The position numbers and the translations under genes are program-made. From contig CM074807.1 of the NCBI GenBank assembly GCA_037447605.1, forward strand, positions 2,304,327 to 2,368,326: 64,000 nt of DNA. Direction: 5' to 3'. Origin of the DNA: Zygnema circumcarinatum SAG 698-1b (lineage: Eukaryota; Plantae; Zygnematophyceae). The notes under the pieces were generated by a model. That model saw nothing but the letters and a program-made list of their open reading frames with translations, searched no databases and had not been told where the DNA came from. Shown here one piece after another: positions 28,344 to 39,327 of the stretch (within the stretch, counting starts at the first letter, position 1; the number at the start of each line of letters is the position of its first letter).

Positions 28344-28818
28344 GCTTGCACTTGGCAAGGCGCAACTAGCATTTGTGAATCTGTTTTGAGATTCTTGAGT
28401 GCTGACATCTACTGTGTTTTTGTTGGTTACACTTTGATCAAATGTCTAAAAAGGGTAAGTTTTTGTAGGAGAGGAAGATGAAGAATCTGTGAACAAAGAA
28501 TCTTCCACAATTGTGCTCAGTCCATCAAAAATGCATGTCTCCATTCACTATTCATTTAGTACATAGTTCGATACAGCCGATACAATATTTGTCTCACAGT
28601 ATCGTATCAAACCGACAATGCGATACGATATATCGAGCCCTGCCTTGCCGTACAGCTGCAACAGCTGGCGGCGGTGACAGAAGGGATCCCCTTTCTCTTG
28701 GCAGGTGAAGGCCAAGTCATGGCGAAGTGCCGCGGCTGCTGACAGCGGAGGGAGGAGACTAGGAGAGGGAGCTGCTCCGTAGTGGGGGCAGAGAGGAGAG
28801 GTGGAGGAGCTGGTGAGA

Positions 28819-31398
28819 ATGAACGGGATGGCTTCCCGCGAGCTCCCAGACGAGCTTGTGGCGCTGCTTCCCGCCGACCCCTTCGAGCAGCTCGACATAG
28901 CATGGCGCATCGCTCAGCGCGCCTACAATGCACGTATCGCTCACATGGAGTCAGAGACAGGGCAGGGGTCCGCGAGAGCTTTGGAAGGCCGAGTGGCTGA
29001 GCTTGAGCAGGCATTGCAGGATTCCTCTCGCAAGCTGAGCCATGCGTTGGATGAGCAGGTATGGTTTGAACAGCCAATTTATTTTTTTAAGGCGTATTTT
29101 TTCATGAGTTATTGGAGGAGAATTATAATTTTGTTTATTTCTGGCTAGTGAAGGCAGTCTTGGCCATAACTGAGAAGCGCGTCCAAGGAGGAGGGCGGTT
29201 GGGAGCAGGCGAAATTGTCAGGAGAGCGGAATGCATTGGTCGCCACTGTGAAAAAGCTTAACCGTGATGTTGCAAAGGTATGCTCCTTCTTAGTTCAACT
29301 TGCTTAACTCTCAGCTCTTTTAGAGTTCGCTTTTAACATGCCGTTAGTAACAAAGAAGGGGATGTTGCAGTTTCTTCAAGTGACTAGTTGCTCCAGGCAA
29401 CACCACGCCTTTCATTTCTTTTTTGGTCTTGGAGGCGCATCCATGATGGATGATGCTGAATGAATGTGGGCAGAACTCCCCTTTTTTTAACCCGTATGTT
29501 CAATTCTCAAGCCTGCGTTTGTGTGGCATTGCTTTTTTTTTTTATGTTTCAGCTAGAGACTTTCAAACGCACCTTGATGCAACAGCTGCAGGATGAGCCA
29601 GAAGAAGAAGGAGCAGGCCGAGGACAACAGGTGTGCTCTTGACGTTGCTGGCATCTGAAGTCAGTCCTCTTGCCATCTAAAGCTCAGTTTCAGCTCGTGC
29701 AGCTCGTGCAGGTGGCCTTACCTTAGTCACTTCATCTCACTAAAAGTGATCCCACTAGCTCCACATCTCTAATGTTTGTTAGCTGAGTGGAAGGTGCTGC
29801 AGACATCCGCCAGTGGAGACCCACTTTTGAGGGTGCGACTGCGTGGATTGGGCCCTGATTCCTATGGCAGTCCCCCACGGGTTAAGACTGTCGGAGGAGC
29901 AGGTGCGTTTGATGGGAGAGGTTGGGCTGTCAGACTGTTCACTTGCCTGTTGTCCACTTGCCCCTATGGTTGGTGGCCCTTACTGGAAGAGTCAGACGCC
30001 TTTGTTCTTACAGAAATGGGAGGGTGTTGCAGTTGGTGAAAGCAGTGATGCGGAGAGCGCTAGGGGTTCTGAGGACGACACCATTGGAGGGGGCAGTGTC
30101 AGCCAGATAGGTGGTCGCGTAGGCCGCTCGACTTCTGTTGGTATGGATGGGTCAGATGCACATAGTCTACCCCCCGTTACAGGGTTCACGAGATCTACAT
30201 CGGTTCCTCCTGAAAACCCAGGGATAAGCGGTGCTCCAAGTGACCATAGCACAATAGAAGGTTGGGACTGTTCTTTTTGGCCCTGGCTAGTCATGCGGGG
30301 ACTAAGAAAATCCAAACAATCGTGGGTGTCGGAAGCAGAACACAATGTCAGCTTTAGGATGAAGAGGCATGACTTGTTGGGGAATATGGATGGCTGTGCA
30401 AATTTTGGAATAGAATGTTTTTAAGGGATAAAGAGTGGACTGTGACAGGCCTTCGAACTCTCCGCACGCGAACCCCCGGGCGCACACCGGTCATGACACC
30501 ACATTTCTCTCCACACCTCACTCCGAGTGCCATTTCCCCCTTCGGCTCGGCAGCAGGCTCTCCAAAATGTGTGGTGTCTTTCCCGTCCCCATTGTCAGAT
30601 GAGAGGTTTCGACAGAAGATTGCTGGCAGTCTTGAGGAAAAGACAGTGAGGGCCACTGACGCAGTATGTAGTCCATTCTTTTTGAATACGAGGCTAAGCG
30701 ATGGAGATTCCAGGTGATCATTGCCACTGAAATGACTCTTGGTTCAATCAAATGTTTGCAGCACGCCCTAACCGTGTGGACGGCAAGGAGTTCTTCCGTC
30801 AAGCCAGGTGAATAGAATCCTGCTGCTCTTCTCACTGACATGCAATCCTTTACATAGTTACTAAAATACCTAAAGTCAGGGGCTGAAACATTGCTACTGG
30901 ATGTCCTTACTGACACGAAATTGTAGGCTGGTTCAGAGGTATGGATGTGTTCTTGATGTAGCTCGAATGTCCAAACCTGATCAAGGTATAATTCCTGATA
31001 TTGTGTGACCTATATTTGTCCGAGCTTTAGGAACCGGCTATCCCACGAGCAGTTCAGTGAGTTCCTGGCCAACATCAAAGAGCTCAATGCTCACCGGCAG
31101 TCACGGGAGGTAAGCCACACCAGTCCTCGTTTGGGAAGGATGGAGGTCAATGATGTGGACATCTGGAAATCTGAACGGCGGAGGAAACTGTGGAAGGAGA
31201 TGTTTCAACCAACTAAGGTATTAAGAACTGCACAACATTTAGGTCTATTATGTGGCAATGCCTGGGGTATCTGAGCTGCCATAAACCTTCTGTACGGTGC
31301 AGGCCACACTTCGGAAGGCCGAAGAAATATTTGGCCCAGAAAATAGGGACCTTTGCCTCGCTTTTGATGGTCTTCTGAGCCGCCATCTGCCAACATGA
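28819..31398 (+). CDS. At4g15545/NAIP-family coiled-coil protein
   Basis: ELPDELVALLPADPFEQLDIAWRI, VKKLNRDVAK|LETFKRTLMQQLQDE, a TP/SP-rich middle, then RVDGKEFFRQA|RNRLSHEQFSEFLANIKELNAHRQSRE|ATLRKAEEIFGPENRDL...FDGLLSRH. These match the At4g15545 N- and C-terminal motifs as I recall them. Confidence 0.88.
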
Positions 31399-32514
31399 GA
31401 AGGCCCCGGTTCTATTCAGCAAACGTTGATGATGTGGAACATGAGGAGCGCTGCACATCTGCTCTTGTACAAACTGCTCAGCTGGTCTTGCTTGAAGGGA
31501 AATGCAGGATGTTGTGTACATTCTGGCATTTCCTTCCAGCGTGGAAATGAAATTGTTTTACACGTACCTGCCACGTCATCGGAGGCTTGATATCAGATGA
31601 GGGGAATCTGCAAGGTTAACACTTCACGCTTATCCTTTCTATCTTTAGAATGTCCACCAATTAGTTAGCTGTCAATCGGACTCGGTAGTTGAACCAGAAC
31701 GTAGGTGAAAGCGCCTCACTTTCTCCTGAGGTCCTTAGGTGCCCTTTTACATCATGGAGGCTGGAGCAGTATACTCAGTAGCTCAGTGTTGGATTGGTGT
31801 ACCCCGGCTAGGGCAAAGGAAGATAGTTCTCCGAAATTCCTGGGCAGGGTATCTGAAGGGCGGAATATGGGAGGCAAAACTCTCGTGTGTGCTTTCATGA
31901 AAGCATCTGTCGAGCAGACAAGGTTGAACGTATATATTTGACTAGGCCTAATGCATTGGTTAGTGCATTGGAAAAAAAGGAAATGGGCGTGTAAGGCAGT
32001 CACCATCAGGGGACATCATGAGGAGAGTAGTGGTTAAAAGTAGTGGATGGTTTGATTTATCCTTTAGCGTATTCACGCGTTCAAAGTGATGGAGTCCTAG
32101 CATCCAAGAGACAACCTTTGCAACTTCTGAGTCTGTCAAACGAAAAGGTGTTGTTCTTCGAGAAAAACTAAGCATTATGCCCAGTCTTGTTGATTTCTAA
32201 TCCTAAGGTTTTGATTTCTCGTATCAGCAGCCATGCAAGTGCGCCATAACTAAATAATCTAATTTGAGAAGCCATCCAGTATTGGAGATGTGTTTCCTGA
32301 CGTGCAATACAGGAAATAATTAAAGCGTGTCATTGTCCACTGCCACCAAAGGTCCTTGGTGTGGTCGAATAACCAATCTCGATCCATCGTCCCATCTTAC
32401 AAGGGTGGGAGAAGTTTGGAATGGGGTAAGAGATGGCATCGCGGGTCAATGCATGAAAGGGAACGGACTTCGACGTCGCTCTCTTGACTGAGCAACATTT
32501 CTCAGGTCGATGGG

Positions 32515-33053
32515 GGATGGCAACGGCTGGACGGTACGATGGCTGCCAACCAATGCGACCATTGGCAATGGTTGCTACCCATCAGCAATGGTTGCTACCC
32601 ATCAGCAATGGTTGCTACCCATCAGCAATGGTTGCTACCCATCAGCAATGGTTGCTACCCATCAGCAATGGTTGCTACCCATCAGCAATGGTTGCCACCC
32701 TTCAGCAATGGTTGCCACCCTTCAGCAATGGTTGCCACCCTTCAGCAATGGTTGTTACTTATCGCCAATGGTTGCCACCCATCAGCAATGGTTGCCACCC
32801 ATCAGCAATGGTATTTGGTTGCTACCCATCAGCAATGGTTGCCACCCATCAGCAATGGTATTTGGTTGCTACCCATCAGCAATGGTTGCCACCCATCAGC
32901 AATGGTATTTGGTTGCTACCCATCAGCAATGGTTGCCACCCATCAGCAATGGTTGCAACGGTTCCGACCACTGGGAATGGTTGGCTGGGTCTCGAATCAA
33001 TGGTTCGCAACTATTGGCAATGGTTGATCCAATCAATGGTCCGACCTGTGCAG
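32515..33053. mobile_element. Copy C of the CCAAT-rich TIR family, reverse orientation to copy B
   Basis: Ends in TGGTCCGACCTGTGCAG (33037-33053), the reverse complement of the left end of copy B. Its start GGATGGCAACGGCTGGACGGTACGATGGCTGCCAACCAATGC aligns with the reverse complement of about 17236-17277. No matching left TIR found. Confidence 0.55.
32566..32956. repeat. 20-bp minisatellite CAATGGTTGC(T/C)ACCC(A/T)TCAG with 27-bp variants, about 18 units
   Basis: Direct reading. The distal part alternates 20-nt and 27-nt (CAATGGTATTTGGTTGCTACCCATCAG) units. Confidence 0.95.
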
Positions 33054-33320
33054 CCCCACACCTGTCCAGTCGACTTCGCAGTCGGCAGCACACAAGCTCA
33101 CACTGACGGCCCTGCAGCGAGGAGGCGGCAAGCAAAGAGATATTCATCGCATGGAAAAGCGCAGGCTTTTGTGCCCTCCCGTCCAACAGGTGTCGCTTGC
33201 AGGGAGCCCCATCGGGGCCTGTGCCTGCAAGGAAGGGCTTCTGGAAGTCCATAAACTCACTTCGTAGGCTTGAATTGAGGTGCTCGTTTGCAGACTAGTC
33301 CTTGCTGAAGCTGGGTTGAA

Positions 33321-34175
33321 ATGGCAGACAAACAAGCAGTGGCTGAGAAAGAAGCGGAGAACTTGGGAGGTGACCGCGGCGGTGTCGAAGGAGTAACGAG
33401 CCCTAGAATCAGAAAGCGAGATATAGAGCCATCAATGTTTGCATGCAAACAGCTGAGACGAGGCCACATGCGCCTGGAATACGAAAAAAGCGCTTCAGCG
33501 TCGTTTATTACTTTCATGAAAGGTGCTCCCGAAGAGAAAATAATTTCTTTTTGGCGCGGTATCCAGGACGAGGTAGAAAGCAAGAGGAGTCTTGAACACT
33601 ACCACCTGAAGGTTCCCGGCCGGGGGCCACTGGCAGTAGAAATTCTGTACGGTGAAGAGCGTGAAGGGCCCCCTTTTGTCAAGGAAGAAGAATGTATTTC
33701 CTGCTCAATGGTTGCTGCCATTTTTCCTGGCATGACATCAGGAGAAACGGTTATCCCTGAGTACAGTGATTCGGGGCTGGTCAGGTGCTCCATGGATGCA
33801 CAGGCGAGGCCCATGTTTGTGATCACACCAGTCAGACATGCCGAACGGTTGTCAGAGTTGAATGATGACGAGTTGCTGGCCATGTGGAAAACCGCTTCTG
33901 AGCTGTTGATCAGAGAAAAACTGAACTATGAAGTAATGGTTTTAAACCATGGCAATTATAGGAATTTACCGCACCTTCATTTGAAAATTAGAGTTAGTGA
34001 AAATAGCCTCACTACTTCCAGGGCATTCTGGACTAAGGAGCGTTTGGAAGTATGGAAAAAGCTACAAAACATGTGCCCTCAGAAGAAGCAAGTGTGTCGT
34101 TTTTTTTTCCAGAAAGGGTACTGCCGTGATGGGTCGACTTGTAGGTATAGTCACAGCAAGAATAACGATCAATAG
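33321..34175 (+). CDS. Intronless HIT-like domain protein with a C-terminal CCCH zinc finger (284 aa)
   Basis: CISC, DAQARPMFVITPVRHAERLSELNDDEL and NHGNYRNLPHLHLKI parallel the HIT fold motifs (CxxC; hhPkrH..l.dL..dE; HxHxH). CRFFFQKGYCRDGSTCRYSH is a canonical C-x8-C-x5-C-x3-H finger. Confidence 0.75.
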   Translation: MADKQAVAEKEAENLGGDRGGVEGVTSPRIRKRDIEPSMFACKQLRRGHMRLEYEKSASASFITFMKGAPEEKIISFWRGIQDEVESKRSLEHYHLKVPGRGPLAVEILYGEEREGPPFVKEEECISCSMVAAIFPGMTSGETVIPEYSDSGLVRCSMDAQARPMFVITPVRHAERLSELNDDELLAMWKTASELLIREKLNYEVMVLNHGNYRNLPHLHLKIRVSENSLTTSRAFWTKERLEVWKKLQNMCPQKKQVCRFFFQKGYCRDGSTCRYSHSKNNDQ

Positions 34176-34869
34176 CACTGTAAGTAGAGTTCACAGATTG
34201 CTGTGGAACGATTCAGCATTTTCTAATTTGTTCTACAAAGCAAGGCCGGAACGTCGTTCAAGCGGTAGCATGTAGTGTAAGCAGCAGCCATTGTAGATCT
34301 CACTTAAAACGACATGTGTATGGCATATCGTCGTTAAATCACTTCCTAAACCATTTTTTGTGCTGGATTTTGTGCATATAGCAGGTATAGACGTGGATGG
34401 CATATTTGGATGTTTCGCATTACATCCGATGTCTACATGATCAGCATTTGTAATCCGTTCATCTTCGGATTGATTCATTGCTGAACCTGTCGACAAGTTT
34501 ACATTTGTCCATCCTACAGAATTCGAGATTCACGGGCGGGTCAACTCTTTCTTGAGTGGGCGAATGCAAACGATAAGCACAGTCGCTGTTGCGGTTTGGC
34601 ATAGTAAGAATAGAGTTGAACTCCCCTGCTACGCAAGTATTTAGAGTAGGGCACAGAGGAACTCGCTCTGTCAGCCAGAATATAACAATACTAATACGGT
34701 ACCGTCACAAATACTTGATCAATTCCACAGCTTGGAATCATGCGATTACAACACCTTTAAGCATCTTGGCCTGTAGTAACGATGCATGTGAGTGTTGTGC
34801 CCTGTGAAGAATATAAAGTCCGAGGCGATGAGGACTATTTTCTGAGCAGCCGCATCTTATGCTCAACCT

Positions 34870-36352
34870 TCATGTTGTGAATGGCAGCTGTAAGTAAACC
34901 TGTGGCCAAAAAACGGCCTCACTGAAAACACCTCTCATGATGATGGGATGTGCTAAGTGGCTGTTAGCCATGGCTGCGGTTTGTCTCACCCTCGGCCTCA
35001 GCCAGGTGGAGAGGGGATTGTGAGGAGATTCACGCTCAAGTAAAACCTGCACTGTGAAGCAAGCAATGTGCATCTGAGGTTCTTTTCCTCGGTCACTCTA
35101 TGCCGTCTTCTTAGGATGACCTTACAGTCACTTGTGCTGTTGCCGTGTGTTGTTTTGCCTCGGTCAAAACTGAAGGCGTAAAGCTCGATGGCCGGGGGAG
35201 GGGTTGTGTGATTAGTCAAGCGCCTGCCGGTCTTTCATCGTCTGATTCAACCTTCCTGTGTTTTGCACACTATGATACGTATTATCACCTTCATGCGCAA
35301 AAGCTGTTAAATGCAGTAAGCCGCACATTGGAGGCGGAAGGGGTCAAAACTGAAACCAGTGATATTGCTTCACTCATACTGGCAAGGCTTCCAAAACTCG
35401 AGCCTCGTGGACAAAAGTAGACAATTAACCAGCCGACTTCAGTGTCCCAGTGTTTGGCTTTTGATTGGCCCATGGTTCACGCAACGGTGCGGAAGTTCTT
35501 CCCCAGTTCTTGCCCTGGGGAGAACTTCTGCACCGTTGCTCTTATCAGGTAGAAGTGTACACCTTCCATTGTCGCAGGGCATTTCATATCTCTATTATTC
35601 ACACTCAGCCAAGAAAACCATCGGATTTGAATTGCGCGAGTCTTTCCATCTCGACCGTTGTTCTCAGTGCACAACACCGACTGCTCGTCGACGTTTGGAA
35701 ACTCAGGTGAACCCCTTCACCACGACCACTGAACCTTTCAGCTTGGTGTCACAATGAACCAAGGAAAGCCCAGTGAGTACAGACTCAGTGCCACCACACC
35801 ATAGACCTAAATGAAAGCAAAATCACCCTGATCCGCAGAGATTCCACTGCCTCTGTATAGTCAATAGGCGCGATACTCCACTGCGAACAAAACTTCAATG
35901 CAGGGCGCAGACAAGGAAACAAGCGGCTCAAAGCATACCTTGATCGCGCTCCTCCCAAGAATTTCAGCAGTCCCGAGCTTCCGACATCAGAAACATCGCC
36001 CTCAGAAGCACAAATCTGAACGCTGGAGCGCCTACTCAACGGGAACAAGGTCAGCGCAAGCAGCCATGGGATTGCTGCCGGTTTGGGCTGAGGATCCACA
36101 CACGCTACACGGGTCCACCAGAGTTGAACATTTCCAAAGTGGACCCACATCCACCTCCTTAACTACCCCTGAACTCGAGCTGTCCGCGTGGCGCCACGCC
36201 CGCGACCGGCGGAGCAGCTCGCGTCGCGACGTGGGCCCTGCGGCCCCACCGCGCGGCGATGCCGCACCCGAGGAGGAGATGACGCGGGATGCCTCTCCAA
36301 ACCCGACAGAGTACTCCTCCCAGACGTCCTCCATACCTTTTTCATTTCTCAT
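34870..36352 (-). CDS. Candidate unrecognised spliced gene, divergent from LHCBM
   Basis: Several AG/GT-bounded segments join in compatible phases (MRNEKGMEDVWEEYSVGFG...SSSG|ICASEGDVSDVGSSGLLKFLGGARS|SGVSRLLTIQRQWNLCGSG|... and VLLERESPHNPLSTWLRPR|VYLQLPFTT*). The middle could not be closed and no homolog was recognised. Confidence 0.25.
35481..35539 (+). other. 59-nt near-perfect hairpin
   Basis: GCAACGGTGCGGAAGTTCTTCCCCAG - TTCTTGCC loop - CTGGGGAGAACTTCTGCACCGTTGC: 25-bp stem with one bulge and one G:U pair. Confidence 0.8.
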
Positions 36353-36419
36353 TCCGTTATCAGAGTACCGATTCCTGGAATACTCCGCCGCCCTGTCCGG
36401 AGCCCCCTCATCCCGTGCC

Positions 36420-36790
36420 CACGTGCCGCGCTCTCCAAAGCAAAGTCCACATCCAACGGGGATACGCGCGTGCCACATGGCGACTCCTCATTGGCCATCT
36501 CCTGCCCAGAAATTCCGTTTGGCCGGTTTGGGTCCCGACCCGTTCCCACCTCCTCCTTGCCCGTCGGCCCGCTCCCGGCCACGTGCCGGCCGGCGGGGCG
36601 GCCGTCCGTACGGGGCGCCATCCGGGGCAGGGGCGCTGGCGATCGCCAAAATCGGCGCGGGCCAATGCGCGGGCGCGGGGGCCGCCGCGCTGCGGATTAC
36701 GCCCCGCCCGCGTGGCGCCACGGGCAGCCGCGCGGGCACCCGGAAATTAGGCGGATGGCCTGCCAAAAGGGGAAGTGGGCCAATGGCGGG
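36420..36790. promoter_or_regulatory. GC-rich LHCBM upstream region with G-boxes and CCAAT boxes
   Basis: CACGTG at 36420-36425 and 36580-36585, and GGCCAATG at about 36660 and 36779. G-box and CCAAT motifs are typical of light-regulated Lhc promoters. Confidence 0.4.
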
Positions 36791-37018
36791 CAGGGGTTTG
36801 GCTGCCCGTGGCGAGGAAAGTTTTTGGGATGGGAGAAAGGGAGATATTTTGGTAGATCGAGGGGAGTTTTGTCTGCCCGCGGGCAGCGCGGGGCGAGATG
36901 GCGGGCGGGCGGGCGGCAGGCGCAGCGCCGCGCGGTTCAAATAGCGGCGAGCGTTGCAAGGTTAGCGCCCTACCCAGAAGCCTTCTACCTTCTACCTGCA
37001 AACATCTCCTCAGCAGCT

Positions 37019-37965
37019 ATGGCCGCCATCGTCGCTGCCTCCGCTGTGCTCCCCTCCACCTTCGCTGGCTCAGTCGTTGAGCTCAGCAAGGCCGTCGGCA
37101 ATGCCGAGGCCCGCGTCACCATGAGGAAGGCCGTCGCCAAGAAGTCCAGTGACTCCATCTGGTACGTTTTTCTCTGACTCTGCACTTTTGAAGGCACTTT
37201 CTGCTTCCTTCCTGCTTCCAGCTTGCCCTTCGGCCTCTCTGCAGCCTCTTCTGAGGTCTGCCAGCACTCGCTGAACGCGCCGCTGAGAATGCTGGCTCCT
37301 GCCAACTTTGCAGGTATGGCGCTGACCGCCCCAAGTTCTTGGGCCCTTTCTCCGGAGAGGCCCCCTCTTACCTCACCGGTGAGTTCCCCGGTGACTACGG
37401 CTGGGACACCGCCGGTCTCTCATCTGACCCCGAGACCTTCGCTAAGAACCGCGAGCTGGAGGTGATCCACGCCCGCTGGGCCATGCTCGGTGCCCTCGGC
37501 TGCCTCACCCCCGAGCTCCTCGCCAAGAGCGGCGTGAAGTTCGGAGAGGCCGTCTGGTTCAAGGCTGGCGCCCAGATCTTCTCTGAGGGCGGCCTTGACT
37601 ACCTCGGCAACCCCTCCCTCATCCACGCCCAGAGCATCCTTGCCATCCTCGGAACGCAGGTTGTGCTCATGGGAGCCATTGAGGGCTACCGTGTTGCCGG
37701 TGGACCCCTCGGAGAGGTCACCGACCCCCTGTACCCCGGAGGCAGCTTCGACCCCCTGGGTCTGGCTGACGACCCCGAGACCTTCGCTGAGTTGAAGGTG
37801 AAGGAAATCAAGAACGGACGTCTCGCCATGTTCTCCATGTTCGGATTCTTCGTCCAGGCCATCGTCACCGGCAAGGGCCCCCTCGAGAACTTGGATGACC
37901 ACCTTGCTGACCCCGCTGTGAACAACGCCTGGGCCTACGCCCAGAGCTTCGTGCCCGGAGTCTAG
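37019..37965 (+). CDS. LHCBM: Major LHCII chlorophyll a/b-binding protein
   Basis: Exon 37019-37161 plus exon 37314-37965: [64 protein letters not shown]. Strong C/G-ending codon bias. Confidence 0.98.
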
Positions 37966-39327
37966 GTTTTCTCGTTGTAGAATGTACAGAAAATTATGCA
38001 AAAACGGTCAGAAGGAGATTTGAGCGGCAGTGGAAGACGGTATTCTGTACCTTAAACATGATGGTTAACCATTATGAGTTGTGCACCAAAGTTTAGTTTT
38101 TCAGTATATTCATCTTTCTCTCATCTTCCTGTTCTTATATCATGGCTTTCGTGGCTGCCTGACCAACTTAACTGATAATTTATGCTGCTTAAATTGTCTT
38201 CATGTTTCCTGGCTTGTTTTGTGTTGAGAGAGAGGTAGACACTTAGAATATATTTTGGCAAGATACGTGATTTTTTTTCAATTTTTTTACGATTCTCATT
38301 CACATAACAGTTTCGTTCTTATATTCTTATCAATCACTACTTTGATGAGTACTTTGTATCCTCCAATTAATGCATGCAAATGTGAATGTTTGCTAATGAC
38401 CCTGTCTTTGCGGACGTCGTCTTCAACTACCGAGAAAAAAAACATAGATACATCGATGTTATGTGTCATTGTCATCCTCCAGTCACGCCACACATTCTTC
38501 CCAGATGATTTGATACAGCAGGGCTGAATAGACGAAGCCAGCTCGGTGAAATAGAGCGGTGAATGGTTGTTGTCGAAAACATCGAGTATATCTCGAATAT
38601 CATTACACTGATTACCTCCGTCGTTTAACATTTCTCAGAATCCAAAGAAAAGAAGAAGAGAAGTCTGCATCAGCAGCTCGATAGTTATTAAAAAGGCCGT
38701 TCTTCAACACATCTCACTGACGAGACGTTGGGGAACTCTAGCAATGACCCGTCACATCAGCAGCCTTATCTTTCATCATGCAAACAATCATCATGATTGA
38801 ATTGAAGCAGCCACGTCTCAGTTAAATGCCCGTAAACCTCTGAACGCAGCGAAACGGAAGAGCTCTCACTGTCTTCGCAGAGCTTAAAGTGCAACCTGCC
38901 ACGCCGGTGACAGGCAATTCGAATGGACAACAGATCACGGGATTGTAACTATTACCAGGCGCTCCATCAGCACTCACATCCACCTGACAAGGAGAAAGCT
39001 AGCATATCTGAAAAGGGGTCCATAAGAATAGCCTGCCAAGATAAGGCTAAAAGTATCTCCTTATTCTGATTACTTGGACCCTTTATACCCTGTACATTGA
39101 GTACTCACAGCGCCTCTTTCAATCTTGCAATTGCTGTAACAGTACTCAAATGATGAAACCCACTTTACACGAACAAAACTTGAAAAAGCCAACCTGTACT
39201 TGGTTTAGTCAAGGCCATGTTAGTGGCATGGCCACGTACAGCATGGAAGGAAAAGTGAAGGGTTTCAGTACGCGTAAGCAGGCTCTATTGGAGGCAGGCC
39301 AGGCCTATCGGCGACTCCCTCCATCCA

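Noticed and set aside
30870-31000. TPP riboswitch-like string AACCTGATCAAGGTATAATTCCTG in a NAIP-like intron
   Set aside because: It lacks the GCTGAGA and GCGTAGGGA elements and the P1-P3 pairing, and the host gene is unrelated to thiamine metabolism.
32484-33254. Repetitive ORFs (MVATHQQWLLPISNGCYPSA...)
   Set aside because: These are stop-free readings of the 20/27-bp minisatellite, with no domain or splice support.
35898-37177. Long GC-rich ORFs upstream of and overlapping LHCBM
   Set aside because: Stop-poor GC island with Arg/Gly/Pro/Ala-rich translations and no motifs. The true LHCBM start at 37019 has its own transit peptide.
38121-39100. Short ORFs between the LHCBM and cyclophilin 3' ends
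   Set aside because: No recognisable motifs or consistent splice chain; probably UTR or intergenic.
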